NCBI GenBank assembly: GCA_016927065.1
Contig: JAFGNJ010000007.1
Location: 51,944 to 115,943, forward strand
From: Deltaproteobacteria bacterium
GTDB taxonomy: Bacteria; Desulfobacterota; B13-G15; RBG-16-54-18
Length of the DNA: 64,000 nucleotides
Direction of reading: 5' to 3'
Position 1 is the stretch's first letter. Each line of letters begins with the position of its first letter. Positions 19,500-29,341 of this stretch are shown piece by piece. Position numbers and translations under genes: made by a program. Under the pieces are notes generated by a model that saw only the letters and a list, made by a program, of their open reading frames with translations, did not search any database and was not told the origin of the DNA.

Positions 19500-21188
19500 A
19501 TGTCCTTGAGGCTAGGACAATTACTCCTAAAGGCAAATATTATAACCGAAGACCAGCTGAAGCAGGCCCAGGGAGAGCAGAAGCTCAGGGGGCTAAACTT
19601 GAGCTCCGTATTGATAGAAATGGGATTTCTCTCGGAGCACGACCTCCTCGCCTTCCTCCATAAACGCTATGGGCTGCCTTCCATCAATCTCTCCGACTTG
19701 GAATTAGACCCCAAGCTTGTAGGATTAGTGGGTGATGAGTTTATGCATAAGAATCAAGTGGTGCCGGTCCGCAGAAGCGGCTCTACCCTCTATCTTGCCA
19801 TGGTTGATCCCTTTAACGTATCGGTAATTGATGATATTAAGTTCCGAACGGGATATCATGTAGAGGCCTTGGTTGCCTCTGAAACGGACATCAAAACAAC
19901 CATAAACAGATTTCTCAATCCCACCTCTTCCATCGACGGTGCCCTCGCCGACTTTGAGGATGAAGGAATGGAGGTGGTAAAAAGCGATGAAACCTTTGAT
20001 ATCAGTGAGTTAGAGAAGACCGCCGATGAGGCACCCGTCGTAAAGCTGGTTAACCTCATCCTCGCCGATGCCATCACAAAGGGGGCCAGCGATATCCACA
20101 TTGAGCCGTACGAAAAATTCATGCGGGTGCGTGAAAGAATTGACGGCGTCCTCTATGAGGTAATGAGGCCGCCTATCCAGATGAAAAACGCCGTTATCTC
20201 CCGTGTCAAGATCATGTCTCAATTGGATATCGCAGAACGACGCCTCCCCCAGGGGGGACGTTTCCTGATCAGGATGCAGAACAGGGAGATGGACTTTCGG
20301 GTATCGCTCATTCCCACCCTCTTTGGTGAGAAGGTGGTTATGCGGCTCCTTGATAAGTCAAAACTTCAACTCGACATGACCAAATTGGGCTTTGAACGCG
20401 ATACCCTGGATCTGTTCCGCGAGTCCATCTATAAACCCTTTGGGATGATCTTGGTTACCGGACCGACGGGAAGCGGAAAAACCACCACCCTCTATTCTGT
20501 CCTCTCCGAATTGAATAAGGTATCAGAAAATATCTGTACCGCCGAGGACCCAATAGAATTCAACCTCCCCGGCGTCAACCAGGTCCAGATGCATGAAGCC
20601 ATTGGACTGAACTTCGCTTCCTCCCTGAGGGAATTTTTGCGCCAAGACCCTGATATTATTTTGGTGGGAGAGGTAAGAGACCTGGAAACGGCTGAGATAG
20701 CGGTAAAGGCCGCCTTGACCGGACATCTCGTCCTCAGCACACTCCACACCAACGATGCCCCCAGCACTATCGGACGACTACTGGACATGGGGGTGGAACC
20801 GTTTCTCGTTTCTTCTTCTCTTATTGTGACCGTGGCACAGCGTTTAGTCCGCTGCATCTGTCCTGATTGCAAGGAACCCATTGATATGTCACCTGAAGCC
20901 CTTGTGGATCTGGGTATCCCTGAAGAAGAGGCCCATGATTTCAAGTGTTATAAGGGAAAGGGATGCAACAAGTGCAGCAATATCGGGTATCGTGGCAGGT
21001 TATCGTTGTTCGAGGTGATGCCCACGACTGATGAGGTCCAGGACTTGACCCTCCGACGGGCCCCCGCCAACGAAATTAGGCGGGCGGCCGTCCAGGCAGG
21101 TATGAAGACCTTGAGACAAAGTGGGATCATCAAAATCAAACAAGGCGTAACCACCATCGAAGAGGTACTGCGGGTAACCGTCGCCTAG
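19500..21188 (+). CDS. pilB: type IV pilus assembly ATPase PilB (GspE family)
   Basis: N-terminal MshEN/T2SSE_N-like helix pair, Walker A GPTGSGKTTT, Asp/His boxes and a tetracysteine CPDC...CNKC motif. Confidence 0.9.
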   Translation: MSLRLGQLLLKANIITEDQLKQAQGEQKLRGLNLSSVLIEMGFLSEHDLLAFLHKRYGLPSINLSDLELDPKLVGLVGDEFMHKNQVVPVRRSGSTLYLAMVDPFNVSVIDDIKFRTGYHVEALVASETDIKTTINRFLNPTSSIDGALADFEDEGMEVVKSDETFDISELEKTADEAPVVKLVNLILADAITKGASDIHIEPYEKFMRVRERIDGVLYEVMRPPIQMKNAVISRVKIMSQLDIAERRLPQGGRFLIRMQNREMDFRVSLIPTLFGEKVVMRLLDKSKLQLDMTKLGFERDTLDLFRESIYKPFGMILVTGPTGSGKTTTLYSVLSELNKVSENICTAEDPIEFNLPGVNQVQMHEAIGLNFASSLREFLRQDPDIILVGEVRDLETAEIAVKAALTGHLVLSTLHTNDAPSTIGRLLDMGVEPFLVSSSLIVTVAQRLVRCICPDCKEPIDMSPEALVDLGIPEEEAHDFKCYKGKGCNKCSNIGYRGRLSLFEVMPTTDEVQDLTLRRAPANEIRRAAVQAGMKTLRQSGIIKIKQGVTTIEEVLRVTVA

Positions 21189-21207
21189 CCGCCACGGAGA
21201 ATAAACA

Positions 21208-22290
21208 ATGGCCCTTGATCTTCAAGATCTACTTAAGACAATGGTTGAAAATGATGCGACAGACCTCCATATTACCACCGGCACCCCTCCTCAAATTCGA
21301 GTTTACGGCCGTTTGGTCCCCTTAGATCTGCCTCCTCTGGGTGGCGCTGATACCAAGAGGCTTGCGTACAGTGTGCTTACCGACACCCAAAAACAACGCT
21401 TTGAGGAGGAGCATGAACTCGATTTTTCCTTTGGAATAAAGGGGCTGTCCAGGTTTAGAGGAAACCTCTTCTTTCAGAGGGGGATGGTGGCGGCAGCCAT
21501 TAGAACCATACCCTATAAAATCAGGAGCTTCCAGGATTTGGGGCTCCCCCCTATTGTCGAGGAACTCATTAGGAAACCCAAGGGGCTTCTCTTGGTCACA
21601 GGCCCTACCGGCTGTGGCAAATCAACCACCCAGGCGGCTATGATAGATCAGATCAACGAGGAAAGAAACGCCCACATCATTACTATTGAAGATCCCATCG
21701 AATACCTCCATCCTCACAAGGGGTGCATTTTGAACCAGCGGGAGGTCAACGCCGATACCTTCACTTTTACTACAGCCCTAAAACACATTCTGCGCCAGGA
21801 CCCCGATGTGGTCCTCCTTGGAGAGATGAGGGATTTGGAGACCATCGAAGCAGCACTGACCATAGCCGAGACCGGGCACCTCACCCTCGCCACCCTGCAC
21901 ACCAACTCATGTACTGAAACGGTCAATAGAATTATTGATGTCTTCCCTCCACACCAGCAGCCTCAGGTCAGGACCTTACTCTCCTTTGTCCTGGAAGGGG
22001 TCCTCAGCCAGCAGCTCCTCCCCAAGGCCAATGGGACAGGACTGGCCTTGTCCCTGGAGATTATGGTCCCCAACTCAGCCATCCGCAATCTCATCAGGGA
22101 AGATAAAGTCCATCAGCTATACGGTCAGATGCAGATAGGACAGATCAAATTCGGTATGCAGACGATGAATCAATCACTCCTCTCACTCTACGAGAGGGGA
22201 CTCATCACCCTCAACGACGCCATGGGAAGATCCCCCAACTTAGAGGAGTTCCGACAAATGTTGGGGGATACCGCAGAAAAAAAGAAATGA
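21208..22290 (+). CDS. pilT: twitching-motility retraction ATPase PilT
   Basis: ASDLHI-like TDLHIT, GPTGCGKSTT, AALTIAETGHL..TLHTNS, 360 aa. Confidence 0.92.
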   Translation: MALDLQDLLKTMVENDATDLHITTGTPPQIRVYGRLVPLDLPPLGGADTKRLAYSVLTDTQKQRFEEEHELDFSFGIKGLSRFRGNLFFQRGMVAAAIRTIPYKIRSFQDLGLPPIVEELIRKPKGLLLVTGPTGCGKSTTQAAMIDQINEERNAHIITIEDPIEYLHPHKGCILNQREVNADTFTFTTALKHILRQDPDVVLLGEMRDLETIEAALTIAETGHLTLATLHTNSCTETVNRIIDVFPPHQQPQVRTLLSFVLEGVLSQQLLPKANGTGLALSLEIMVPNSAIRNLIREDKVHQLYGQMQIGQIKFGMQTMNQSLLSLYERGLITLNDAMGRSPNLEEFRQMLGDTAEKKK

Positions 22291-22312
22291 CATAAAATAA
22301 AAGGGAATTATC

Positions 22313-23518
22313 ATGCCAAAGTACGCATGGGAGGGAAGACTACCCCAAGGAGGGTTTCGGAAGGGCGAGCTTGAGGGTCCGAATGAGATGGCGGTGCGGA
22401 CCTATCTCAGACAGCAGCAGATCATTCCCACCAAGATCGTGAAAAAGGCGACTGAGATCAAGATTTCCCTTCCTTTTTTGAAAGGAAGAGTAACAAAAAA
22501 GACCCTGGCGGTCTTCACCCGTCAGTTGGCCACCATGATCGACGCAGGACTTCCGTTGGTCCAATCTCTTGATATATTGGCCCATCAGGAGGAGGACGAG
22601 ACCTTTCAGGGGATCATCAGAACGGTAAAAAATGAGGTAGAGGCCGGGGCCACCCTGGCAGCAGCCCTGCAGAAACACCCCCGTGTCTTTGACAACCTGT
22701 ACGTCAACTTAGTGGTAGCAGCGGAGGAGGCCGGTACCCTCGACGTCATACTCAACCGCCTGGCCGCCCATATTGAAAAAATGGAGGCGCTAAAAAAGAA
22801 AATAAAGGCCGCCCTCGTATATCCTGCCATGATCCTAAGCGTTGCAATCATCGTCACCGTTGTCTTGATGGTATTTGTCGTGCCGGTCTTCGAGAAGCTC
22901 TTTTCGGGGATCGGGTCAAGCCTTCCCCTACCGACTCAGATCGTTATCGGCATCAGCAATATCTTCAAGAGCTATCTACCGATCGTCATTGGCATCGTTA
23001 TCATCCTGGCCATCGTGGTAAACAGATACTACAAAACGGAAAAGGGGAGGTTGCGAATAGACGATCTTATTCTAAAACTCCCGATCTTTGGAGAGCTCTT
23101 ACGCAAGGTAGCTATCTCCAGATTCTCCCGCACCTTGGCAACCCTCGTGACCAGCGGGGTCCCTATCTTGGAGTCTCTCAATATAGTGGCGGGAGCAGCG
23201 GGGAATAAGGTGGTCGAAGAAGCCATTAAGAAAGGACGGGACAGCATAAGTGAAGGACAAACCATCTCTGAACCATTAGCTGAAAGCGGCGTCTTCCCTA
23301 TGATGGTAACTCAAATGATTGGAGTGGGGGAGACTACCGGGTCCCTCGAACTCATGCTTACCAAGGTCGCTGATTTCTATGACGATGAGGTTGATATGGC
23401 CGTGGCCACCCTGAGCTCCATGCTTGAACCGGTATTAATGGTTTTCTTAGGGGTGGTCGTCGGTGGATTGGTCATCTCCATGTATCTGCCCATCTTTAAG
23501 ATGGCCTCGGCCTTCTAG
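22313..23518 (+). CDS. pilC: type IV pilus platform protein PilC (GspF family)
   Basis: Two GspF repeats (FTRQLATMIDAGLPL / FSRTLATLVTSGVPI) and 3 TM segments, 401 aa. Confidence 0.92.
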   Translation: MPKYAWEGRLPQGGFRKGELEGPNEMAVRTYLRQQQIIPTKIVKKATEIKISLPFLKGRVTKKTLAVFTRQLATMIDAGLPLVQSLDILAHQEEDETFQGIIRTVKNEVEAGATLAAALQKHPRVFDNLYVNLVVAAEEAGTLDVILNRLAAHIEKMEALKKKIKAALVYPAMILSVAIIVTVVLMVFVVPVFEKLFSGIGSSLPLPTQIVIGISNIFKSYLPIVIGIVIILAIVVNRYYKTEKGRLRIDDLILKLPIFGELLRKVAISRFSRTLATLVTSGVPILESLNIVAGAAGNKVVEEAIKKGRDSISEGQTISEPLAESGVFPMMVTQMIGVGETTGSLELMLTKVADFYDDEVDMAVATLSSMLEPVLMVFLGVVVGGLVISMYLPIFKMASAF

Positions 23519-23531
23519 CCGAAGAGAAAAA

Positions 23532-25124
23532 ATGAAAAAGCAATTAAAAAAACTAATACTGTATAGATTTATCCTCATTACCATAACCCTCTTCATGGGG
23601 CTGCTCTTTCAATTGAGGGGTATATCAGCCTTTTGGGGGCCGTATGCCTTCTTCTATTTTTTCATCTTTCTCATCTATGCCACCACCATCATCTTCACCT
23701 TCCTCATTCAGAAGGCCAAAAATTTCACATTCTTAATCCATGCCCAGACGGCAGCGGATGCCTTGATAATCACAGGAATCATTTATATCTCTGGCGGTAG
23801 CGACAGTGTCTTCACGCCACTGTATATATTAGCGATCCTGGAGGCCGGGGTTATGCTGGAACGACGAGGGGGCCTCATGGCGGCTTCTGTCTGCAGTATC
23901 TCATATGGACTCCTTCTGACCCTGGAATATCACTGGGTGATCCCCTCACTCATCATCCGCCTCCCTTATCACAATGTCGACCTGCTAACTAAGGTGTCTG
24001 CTTACATCCTTGCTTTCTTTGGATCAGGATACCTCACCGGATATCTTGCCGAAGAGGTACAAAAAAGGGGCAAAGAGCTGATAAAATCAAAAGAAGACTT
24101 CAGCCGCCTTGAGGCCTTTAACCGAGATGTTATTCAGAGTATCCAGAGTGGTCTCTTGACGGTCAACTTGAAAGATCGGGTGACCTTTCTCAATAAGGCT
24201 GGGCAGGAAATTCTGGGTATTACGATCTCTCAATGTAAAAACCGCCCCATCTCAGATCTATTCTCTACCCTCAATAACAATTTCCATGAAGGGCTTCGCT
24301 CCCGTATGGAAACGACCTTTCAGAAGCCTGACGGAGAGGAGACAAAATTGGGTCTTTCCATCTCTCCTTTAAAAGATCATAGAGGCAACAAGGTAGGGCA
24401 GATCATCATCTTTCAGGATCTCACGCACATTAAGGAAATGGAAGAATCTATGCGGAGATCGGAAAAACTGGCCACCATCGGGCAACTAGCTGCCGGCATT
24501 GCCCATGAAATCCGCAATCCCTTAGCATCAATCAGTGGGGCCATCCAACTGCTGAAGGAGGAACAAGAGGGGGGTGAGAGCGACCAACGTTTGATGGAAA
24601 TCATCCTCGCCGAGTCTGGCCGTTTGAATCGCCTCATCACCGATTTTCTCCTCTATGCCCAGCCTCCAAAGCTCAACAAAAAAAAGGTGGATGTCGGTGC
24701 CTTAGTGGAAAACACACTGGAGGTTTTTACTCGCTCTCCACAATGGACTAAAGGGATGAAGTTGGCCAAAATCGTGGATGCAAATGCCACCATTGCTGCC
24801 GACCCTCAACAATTGGAGCAGGTCCTGTGGAACCTCTTTATCAACGCGGTCGACGCCATGGAGGGAAAAGGTATGTTGGAAATTAAGGTCAACCGGGATG
24901 GAACGGGGAAAACGGTTACACTTTTAGTCGCCGATACGGGCAAAGGAATCTCTCCGAAACATATCGATAGGATCTTCGATCCCTTTTTTACAACCAAAGA
25001 AGGGGGATCAGGATTAGGACTCTCTATCGTTCATAAAATAGTAGAAAACCATGAAGGGGATATATCCGTGGAGAGCAGATCTGACCGTGGAACCACGTTC
25101 ACCCTTACCTTCCCAGCTACATAG
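23532..25124 (+). CDS. pilS: sensor histidine kinase, PilS-like
   Basis: Polytopic N-terminus, PAS region, H-box HEIRNPL, and N/G boxes (DTGKGI, GGSGLGLSI). ATG 23532 avoids overlap with pilC. Confidence 0.8.
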   Translation: MKKQLKKLILYRFILITITLFMGLLFQLRGISAFWGPYAFFYFFIFLIYATTIIFTFLIQKAKNFTFLIHAQTAADALIITGIIYISGGSDSVFTPLYILAILEAGVMLERRGGLMAASVCSISYGLLLTLEYHWVIPSLIIRLPYHNVDLLTKVSAYILAFFGSGYLTGYLAEEVQKRGKELIKSKEDFSRLEAFNRDVIQSIQSGLLTVNLKDRVTFLNKAGQEILGITISQCKNRPISDLFSTLNNNFHEGLRSRMETTFQKPDGEETKLGLSISPLKDHRGNKVGQIIIFQDLTHIKEMEESMRRSEKLATIGQLAAGIAHEIRNPLASISGAIQLLKEEQEGGESDQRLMEIILAESGRLNRLITDFLLYAQPPKLNKKKVDVGALVENTLEVFTRSPQWTKGMKLAKIVDANATIAADPQQLEQVLWNLFINAVDAMEGKGMLEIKVNRDGTGKTVTLLVADTGKGISPKHIDRIFDPFFTTKEGGSGLGLSIVHKIVENHEGDISVESRSDRGTTFTLTFPAT

Positions 25125-25159
25125 GCTCCTTACAAACCCCACTGTTCGGAGGAACGGAT

Positions 25160-26533
25160 ATGAAGAAACAAAATATACTAGTAGTCGACGACGAAAAGAG
25201 CATGTGTGATTTTTTAGAAATCATGTTACACAAAGAAGGGTATGAGCTAACCAGCACTACCAGTGGGGAAAAGGCCCTAGAGCTCTTAGAAAATAACCTG
25301 TACAGTATGGTCCTCACCGACGTCAAGATGCCGGGCGTGGATGGCTTTGAGGTCTTACGCAAGACCAAAGAGGTAAGTCCTGATACGGTAGTGATCATGA
25401 TAACGGCTTACGGTTCTCCTGAAGGAGCGGTGACCGCCATAAAAGAAGGGGCCTATGATTATATCACCAAACCTTTTAGGGTAGAAGAAGTAAAGCTGAC
25501 GATAAAAAAATCCCTCGAACGAAGCGATCTGATCAAGGAAAATATTCTTCTGCGTCAAGCGGTAGAGGAGCGATACAAATTCTGGAATCTCATCGGCAAG
25601 AGTCCCAATATGCAGCGGGTATATGATCTCGTCGAGAAGGTCTCCCAAACTAAGGCTAATGTCTTGATTACGGGGGAAAGCGGAACGGGCAAAGAACTGG
25701 TGGCCAAGGCCGTCCACTATAACAGCACCAGGAAGGACCGCTCTTTTATCACCCTAAACTGCGGCGCCATCCCGGAAAACCTTTTGGAGAGCGAGCTATT
25801 CGGGCACATGAAGGGATCCTTTACCGGAGCCATCGCCAACAAGAGGGGATTGTTGGAGATGGCCGAGGCCGGAACCCTTTTTATGGATGAGATCGGGGAA
25901 CTCCCCCTTCCCTTACAGGTGAAGTTGTTGCGAATGATCCAAGAGCGTGAGTTTAAGCGGGTGGGAGGAACTGAAGACATCAAGGTTGACGTCAGAATCA
26001 TCTCGGCCAGCAATCAAGACCTACAACAGAAGGTCGCTCTCGGCGCTTTCCGAGAAGATCTCTTCTACCGCTTAAATGTCATTCAAATCAAGCTTCCCCC
26101 CTTAAGGGAACGCAAAGAGGATATTCCCTTGCTCGTGAGCCACTTCATCCGCAAGTATAGTGCTGAAACGGGGAAAGAGATACAGGGGACAGCACCCGAG
26201 TCCCTAGAGCTCTTACTAAATTATGATTTTCCCGGTAATGTCAGGGAATTGGAAAACATCATTGAGAGGAGTTTAACGCTGGAGACCGCATCGACAATCA
26301 CGGAGCGGCATATCCGCTCGTATCTTAATGAGCGGATGATCTCAAAGAGCATTCCTCCCTCTTTAGAAATCCCTGATGAAGGAATTGATCTCAACAAGGT
26401 GGTGGAAGACTTGGAAAAGGCCTTTATCATCAAGGCATTGGAACACACCGGAGGAATCAAAAAGAAGGCCGCCGAGCTATTAGGAATGAACTTTCGAGCG
26501 ATGAGATATAAATTAGCAAAATATGATCTTTAG
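25160..26533 (+). CDS. pilR: sigma54-dependent response regulator, PilR-like
   Basis: REC domain (DVKMPGVDG), AAA+ GESGTGKE, GSFTGA (GAFTGA variant) and a C-terminal Fis-type HTH. Confidence 0.85.
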   Translation: MKKQNILVVDDEKSMCDFLEIMLHKEGYELTSTTSGEKALELLENNLYSMVLTDVKMPGVDGFEVLRKTKEVSPDTVVIMITAYGSPEGAVTAIKEGAYDYITKPFRVEEVKLTIKKSLERSDLIKENILLRQAVEERYKFWNLIGKSPNMQRVYDLVEKVSQTKANVLITGESGTGKELVAKAVHYNSTRKDRSFITLNCGAIPENLLESELFGHMKGSFTGAIANKRGLLEMAEAGTLFMDEIGELPLPLQVKLLRMIQEREFKRVGGTEDIKVDVRIISASNQDLQQKVALGAFREDLFYRLNVIQIKLPPLRERKEDIPLLVSHFIRKYSAETGKEIQGTAPESLELLLNYDFPGNVRELENIIERSLTLETASTITERHIRSYLNERMISKSIPPSLEIPDEGIDLNKVVEDLEKAFIIKALEHTGGIKKKAAELLGMNFRAMRYKLAKYDL

Positions 26534-28200
26534 CTCCTTCTAAACCACCCTTCTACTTCCCGCCAACTCCATGTGATCAAAAGAGGCCGTCCATGGGGAC
26601 ACGTAGTAGGTTGTCCAGCTTCCTCCCATTCCCTCAGAAGGGAATTCACCTCTTCTTCCTGCAACCGGTGGTTCGCCTTGACAGCACCTCGGCAGGCCAG
26701 AAGCACACAGAGCCGATCCAAAACTCGATCGAAAGCGCCACCCTCTCCACGCTCTGCCAACTCTTCGCTTAATGCCTCAAGAAGAGATTGTAGATCTTCC
26801 CCCTGCAGAAATGAAGGTATGGAAGTGACGGACACGGCCCTCTCACCAAACTCTTCTATCTCCAGTCCTACTCTGGCCAATTCGAATCGATATCCAACGA
26901 GTAACTCCTTTTCATCTTTCTTCACCTCAATGGGTTGGGGAATGAGAAAGGGTTGTTGAGAGATCTTCTCACCCTCTAGCGCCTTTTTCAATCGCTCGTA
27001 AAGGATCCGTTCATGAGCTGCATGTTGATCAATAATCATCACACCCTCTTCCCCTTCTATGACAAGGTAGGTTCCCTTAAGCTGTCCCGTCATACGCCAC
27101 AGGGGAGGAGAAGAAGAAATTCTTTCAGTACCAATGGCAAGAGAAGATGGTGCTGAATAGGGGGCCATCTCCTCCCTGATCTCCGATGCCTCATAAGACT
27201 TAATCGTGGGGAAATGGCTCAAGGCATCTTTAAGCGAATCGCAGATTAATCGGTGTAGCTCTTCCCCTCTCCTGAATCGGACTTCCATCTTTGCCGGGTG
27301 GACGTTGACATCCACTTCCGAAAAAGGAATGGAAAGGGAAAGGATAGTCACCGGATACATCCGGGCGGGGATAAATCTTCGGTATGCCTCTGAAACGGCA
27401 TGGAAAATCAGTTTGTCCCTGATGTAGCGACCATTCACGTAGATATAGATACCCTTGGAAGAACCACGGATGTAGGTAGGAACAGTGGCCCACCCCTGTA
27501 CAACTCCGAACCCATTGCTTGCTTCAACGCGCACCAATTGAGTGGTGACTTCCTTGCCGAGAATAGCCCTGATTCGTGAACGCTCCTCCTGGGTGGAAGG
27601 AAGGTTGAAAACAACACGATTATTGTGTTTCAGAATAAAGCCCACTGAACTATGGACGAGGGCCATTCTGGTGATCACCTCAATGATATGGGCCATCTCG
27701 GTCTGTACCCCTCGTAAGAACTTTTGCCTCGCCGGCACGTTATAGAAAAGATCCTTTATCTCCAACCGTGTCCCTGGAGGGCATCCGATCTCTTCCGCCC
27801 CCTGTACCCGACCATCCTCCACCAGGATCCGTGTTCCTGAAATCTCATCATGAGCCCTCGTGATCAGGCTCACACAAGATACTGCTGCAATGGAGGAAAG
27901 GGCCTCACCCCGAAAACCAAGGGTACCCAAGATATTGAGGTCTTTCTCATCATAGATTTTACTCGTGGCGTGTCTCTCAAGGGCCAGGAAAGCATCCTCT
28001 TTCACCATTCCCTCCCCATCGTCCATCACCGTAATACGTTTCTTACCCCCCTCCTCTATCTCTACCGTAATGACGCCACTTCCGGCATCCAAGGAATTTT
28101 CCACCAATTCCTTTACCACGGAGGCTGGACGCTCAATTATCTCCCCCGCTGCTATTTTACTCACTATATCAGGGGGGAGAACTCGTATCTTGGATTTCAT
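26530..28200 (-). CDS. mutL: DNA mismatch repair protein MutL
   Basis: IAAGEIIERPASVVKELVENSLDAG GHKL ATPase N-terminus. Convergent 4-nt overlap with pilR. Confidence 0.92.
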   Translation of the reverse strand: MKSKIRVLPPDIVSKIAAGEIIERPASVVKELVENSLDAGSGVITVEIEEGGKKRITVMDDGEGMVKEDAFLALERHATSKIYDEKDLNILGTLGFRGEALSSIAAVSCVSLITRAHDEISGTRILVEDGRVQGAEEIGCPPGTRLEIKDLFYNVPARQKFLRGVQTEMAHIIEVITRMALVHSSVGFILKHNNRVVFNLPSTQEERSRIRAILGKEVTTQLVRVEASNGFGVVQGWATVPTYIRGSSKGIYIYVNGRYIRDKLIFHAVSEAYRRFIPARMYPVTILSLSIPFSEVDVNVHPAKMEVRFRRGEELHRLICDSLKDALSHFPTIKSYEASEIREEMAPYSAPSSLAIGTERISSSPPLWRMTGQLKGTYLVIEGEEGVMIIDQHAAHERILYERLKKALEGEKISQQPFLIPQPIEVKKDEKELLVGYRFELARVGLEIEEFGERAVSVTSIPSFLQGEDLQSLLEALSEELAERGEGGAFDRVLDRLCVLLACRGAVKANHRLQEEEVNSLLREWEEAGQPTTCPHGRPLLITWSWREVEGWFRRS

Positions 28201-28329
28201 CTTGATTTTTCCAAGTGCTAGGAGATCAATAAAATTACGGATAAAAGATCGGCATCAAGTCTATATAGGACAATAATAAAAAAAGAAATAATGGAAAATT
28301 CCTCGTATTCTAAGAAGAAGATCTCAACC

Positions 28330-29289
28330 TCATTCCTCGCGAAAGGCACCCATACGGCGGAATCGTTGATATCTATCTGATAGAATTGTCTCCTCAGAAA
28401 AATCCCTCAACTCTTCGAGATGACGTACTATGGCCGCCTTCACCGTGGCCGCAGCTCTCTGATAATTGCGGTGGGCGCCACCCACCGGTTCAGGGATAAT
28501 CTCGTCGATGACCCCCAAACTCAAAAGATCAGTAGCCGTCATTTTCATGGCCTCCGCTGCCAGGGAACTTTTGGTACCATCCCGCCACAGGATGGCGGCG
28601 CAACCCTCCGGGGTTATAACCGAATAGATAGCATTCTCCAACATAAGGATTCTATTCCCCACCCCGATGGCCAAGGCACCACCGCTCCCCCCTTCGCCGA
28701 TGACCACCGCAACGATCGGAACAGGGAAAGTAGCCATCTCCATTAGGTTGCGGGCAATAGCCTCAGCCTGCCCTCGTTCTTCGGCACCTACACCGGGATA
28801 GGCCCCTGGGGTGTCGATCATGGTAATAATAGGCTTCTTAAACCTCGCCCCCAACTCCATGATCCTGAGGGCCTTACGGTAACCCTCGGGGTGGGGCATC
28901 CCAAAATTTCGATAGCCCATTTCCTTAACATCTCTCCCCTTCTGATGTCCAACAACCACCACAGCCTCACCATCGAGGCGGGCAAGACCTCCTACCATGG
29001 CCGGATCATCCATAAACCCCCTATCGCCATGGAGTTCTATAAAGTCGTCAAAAATCAATTGGATATAGTCTAACGTATGGGGCCGATCGATGTGACGAGA
29101 CAGCTGTGTCCTCTGCCAGGGGTTAAGCTGAGCATGGATTTCCTCGCGTACTTTAGCTATCCTTTTTTCTAGCCACTCTATACGTGCGCTGACCTTAGTG
29201 TCATTGCGTGGGGCAAAACGCTGGAGTTCCTCATATTCCCGTTCTAAATCCATCAGCGGTTTTTCAAAATCAAGATAGTGTCTTACCAT
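28330..29289 (-). CDS. accA: acetyl-CoA carboxylase carboxyltransferase alpha subunit
   Basis: LDFEKP...IDTPGAYPG.GAEERGQAEAIA signature, 319 aa. Confidence 0.93.
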   Translation of the reverse strand: MVRHYLDFEKPLMDLEREYEELQRFAPRNDTKVSARIEWLEKRIAKVREEIHAQLNPWQRTQLSRHIDRPHTLDYIQLIFDDFIELHGDRGFMDDPAMVGGLARLDGEAVVVVGHQKGRDVKEMGYRNFGMPHPEGYRKALRIMELGARFKKPIITMIDTPGAYPGVGAEERGQAEAIARNLMEMATFPVPIVAVVIGEGGSGGALAIGVGNRILMLENAIYSVITPEGCAAILWRDGTKSSLAAEAMKMTATDLLSLGVIDEIIPEPVGGAHRNYQRAAATVKAAIVRHLEELRDFSEETILSDRYQRFRRMGAFREE

Positions 29290-29341
29290 ATGCTATATCT
29301 CCCTTGACAATATTCTCATCTCCTCATACCCAGAAAATCTC

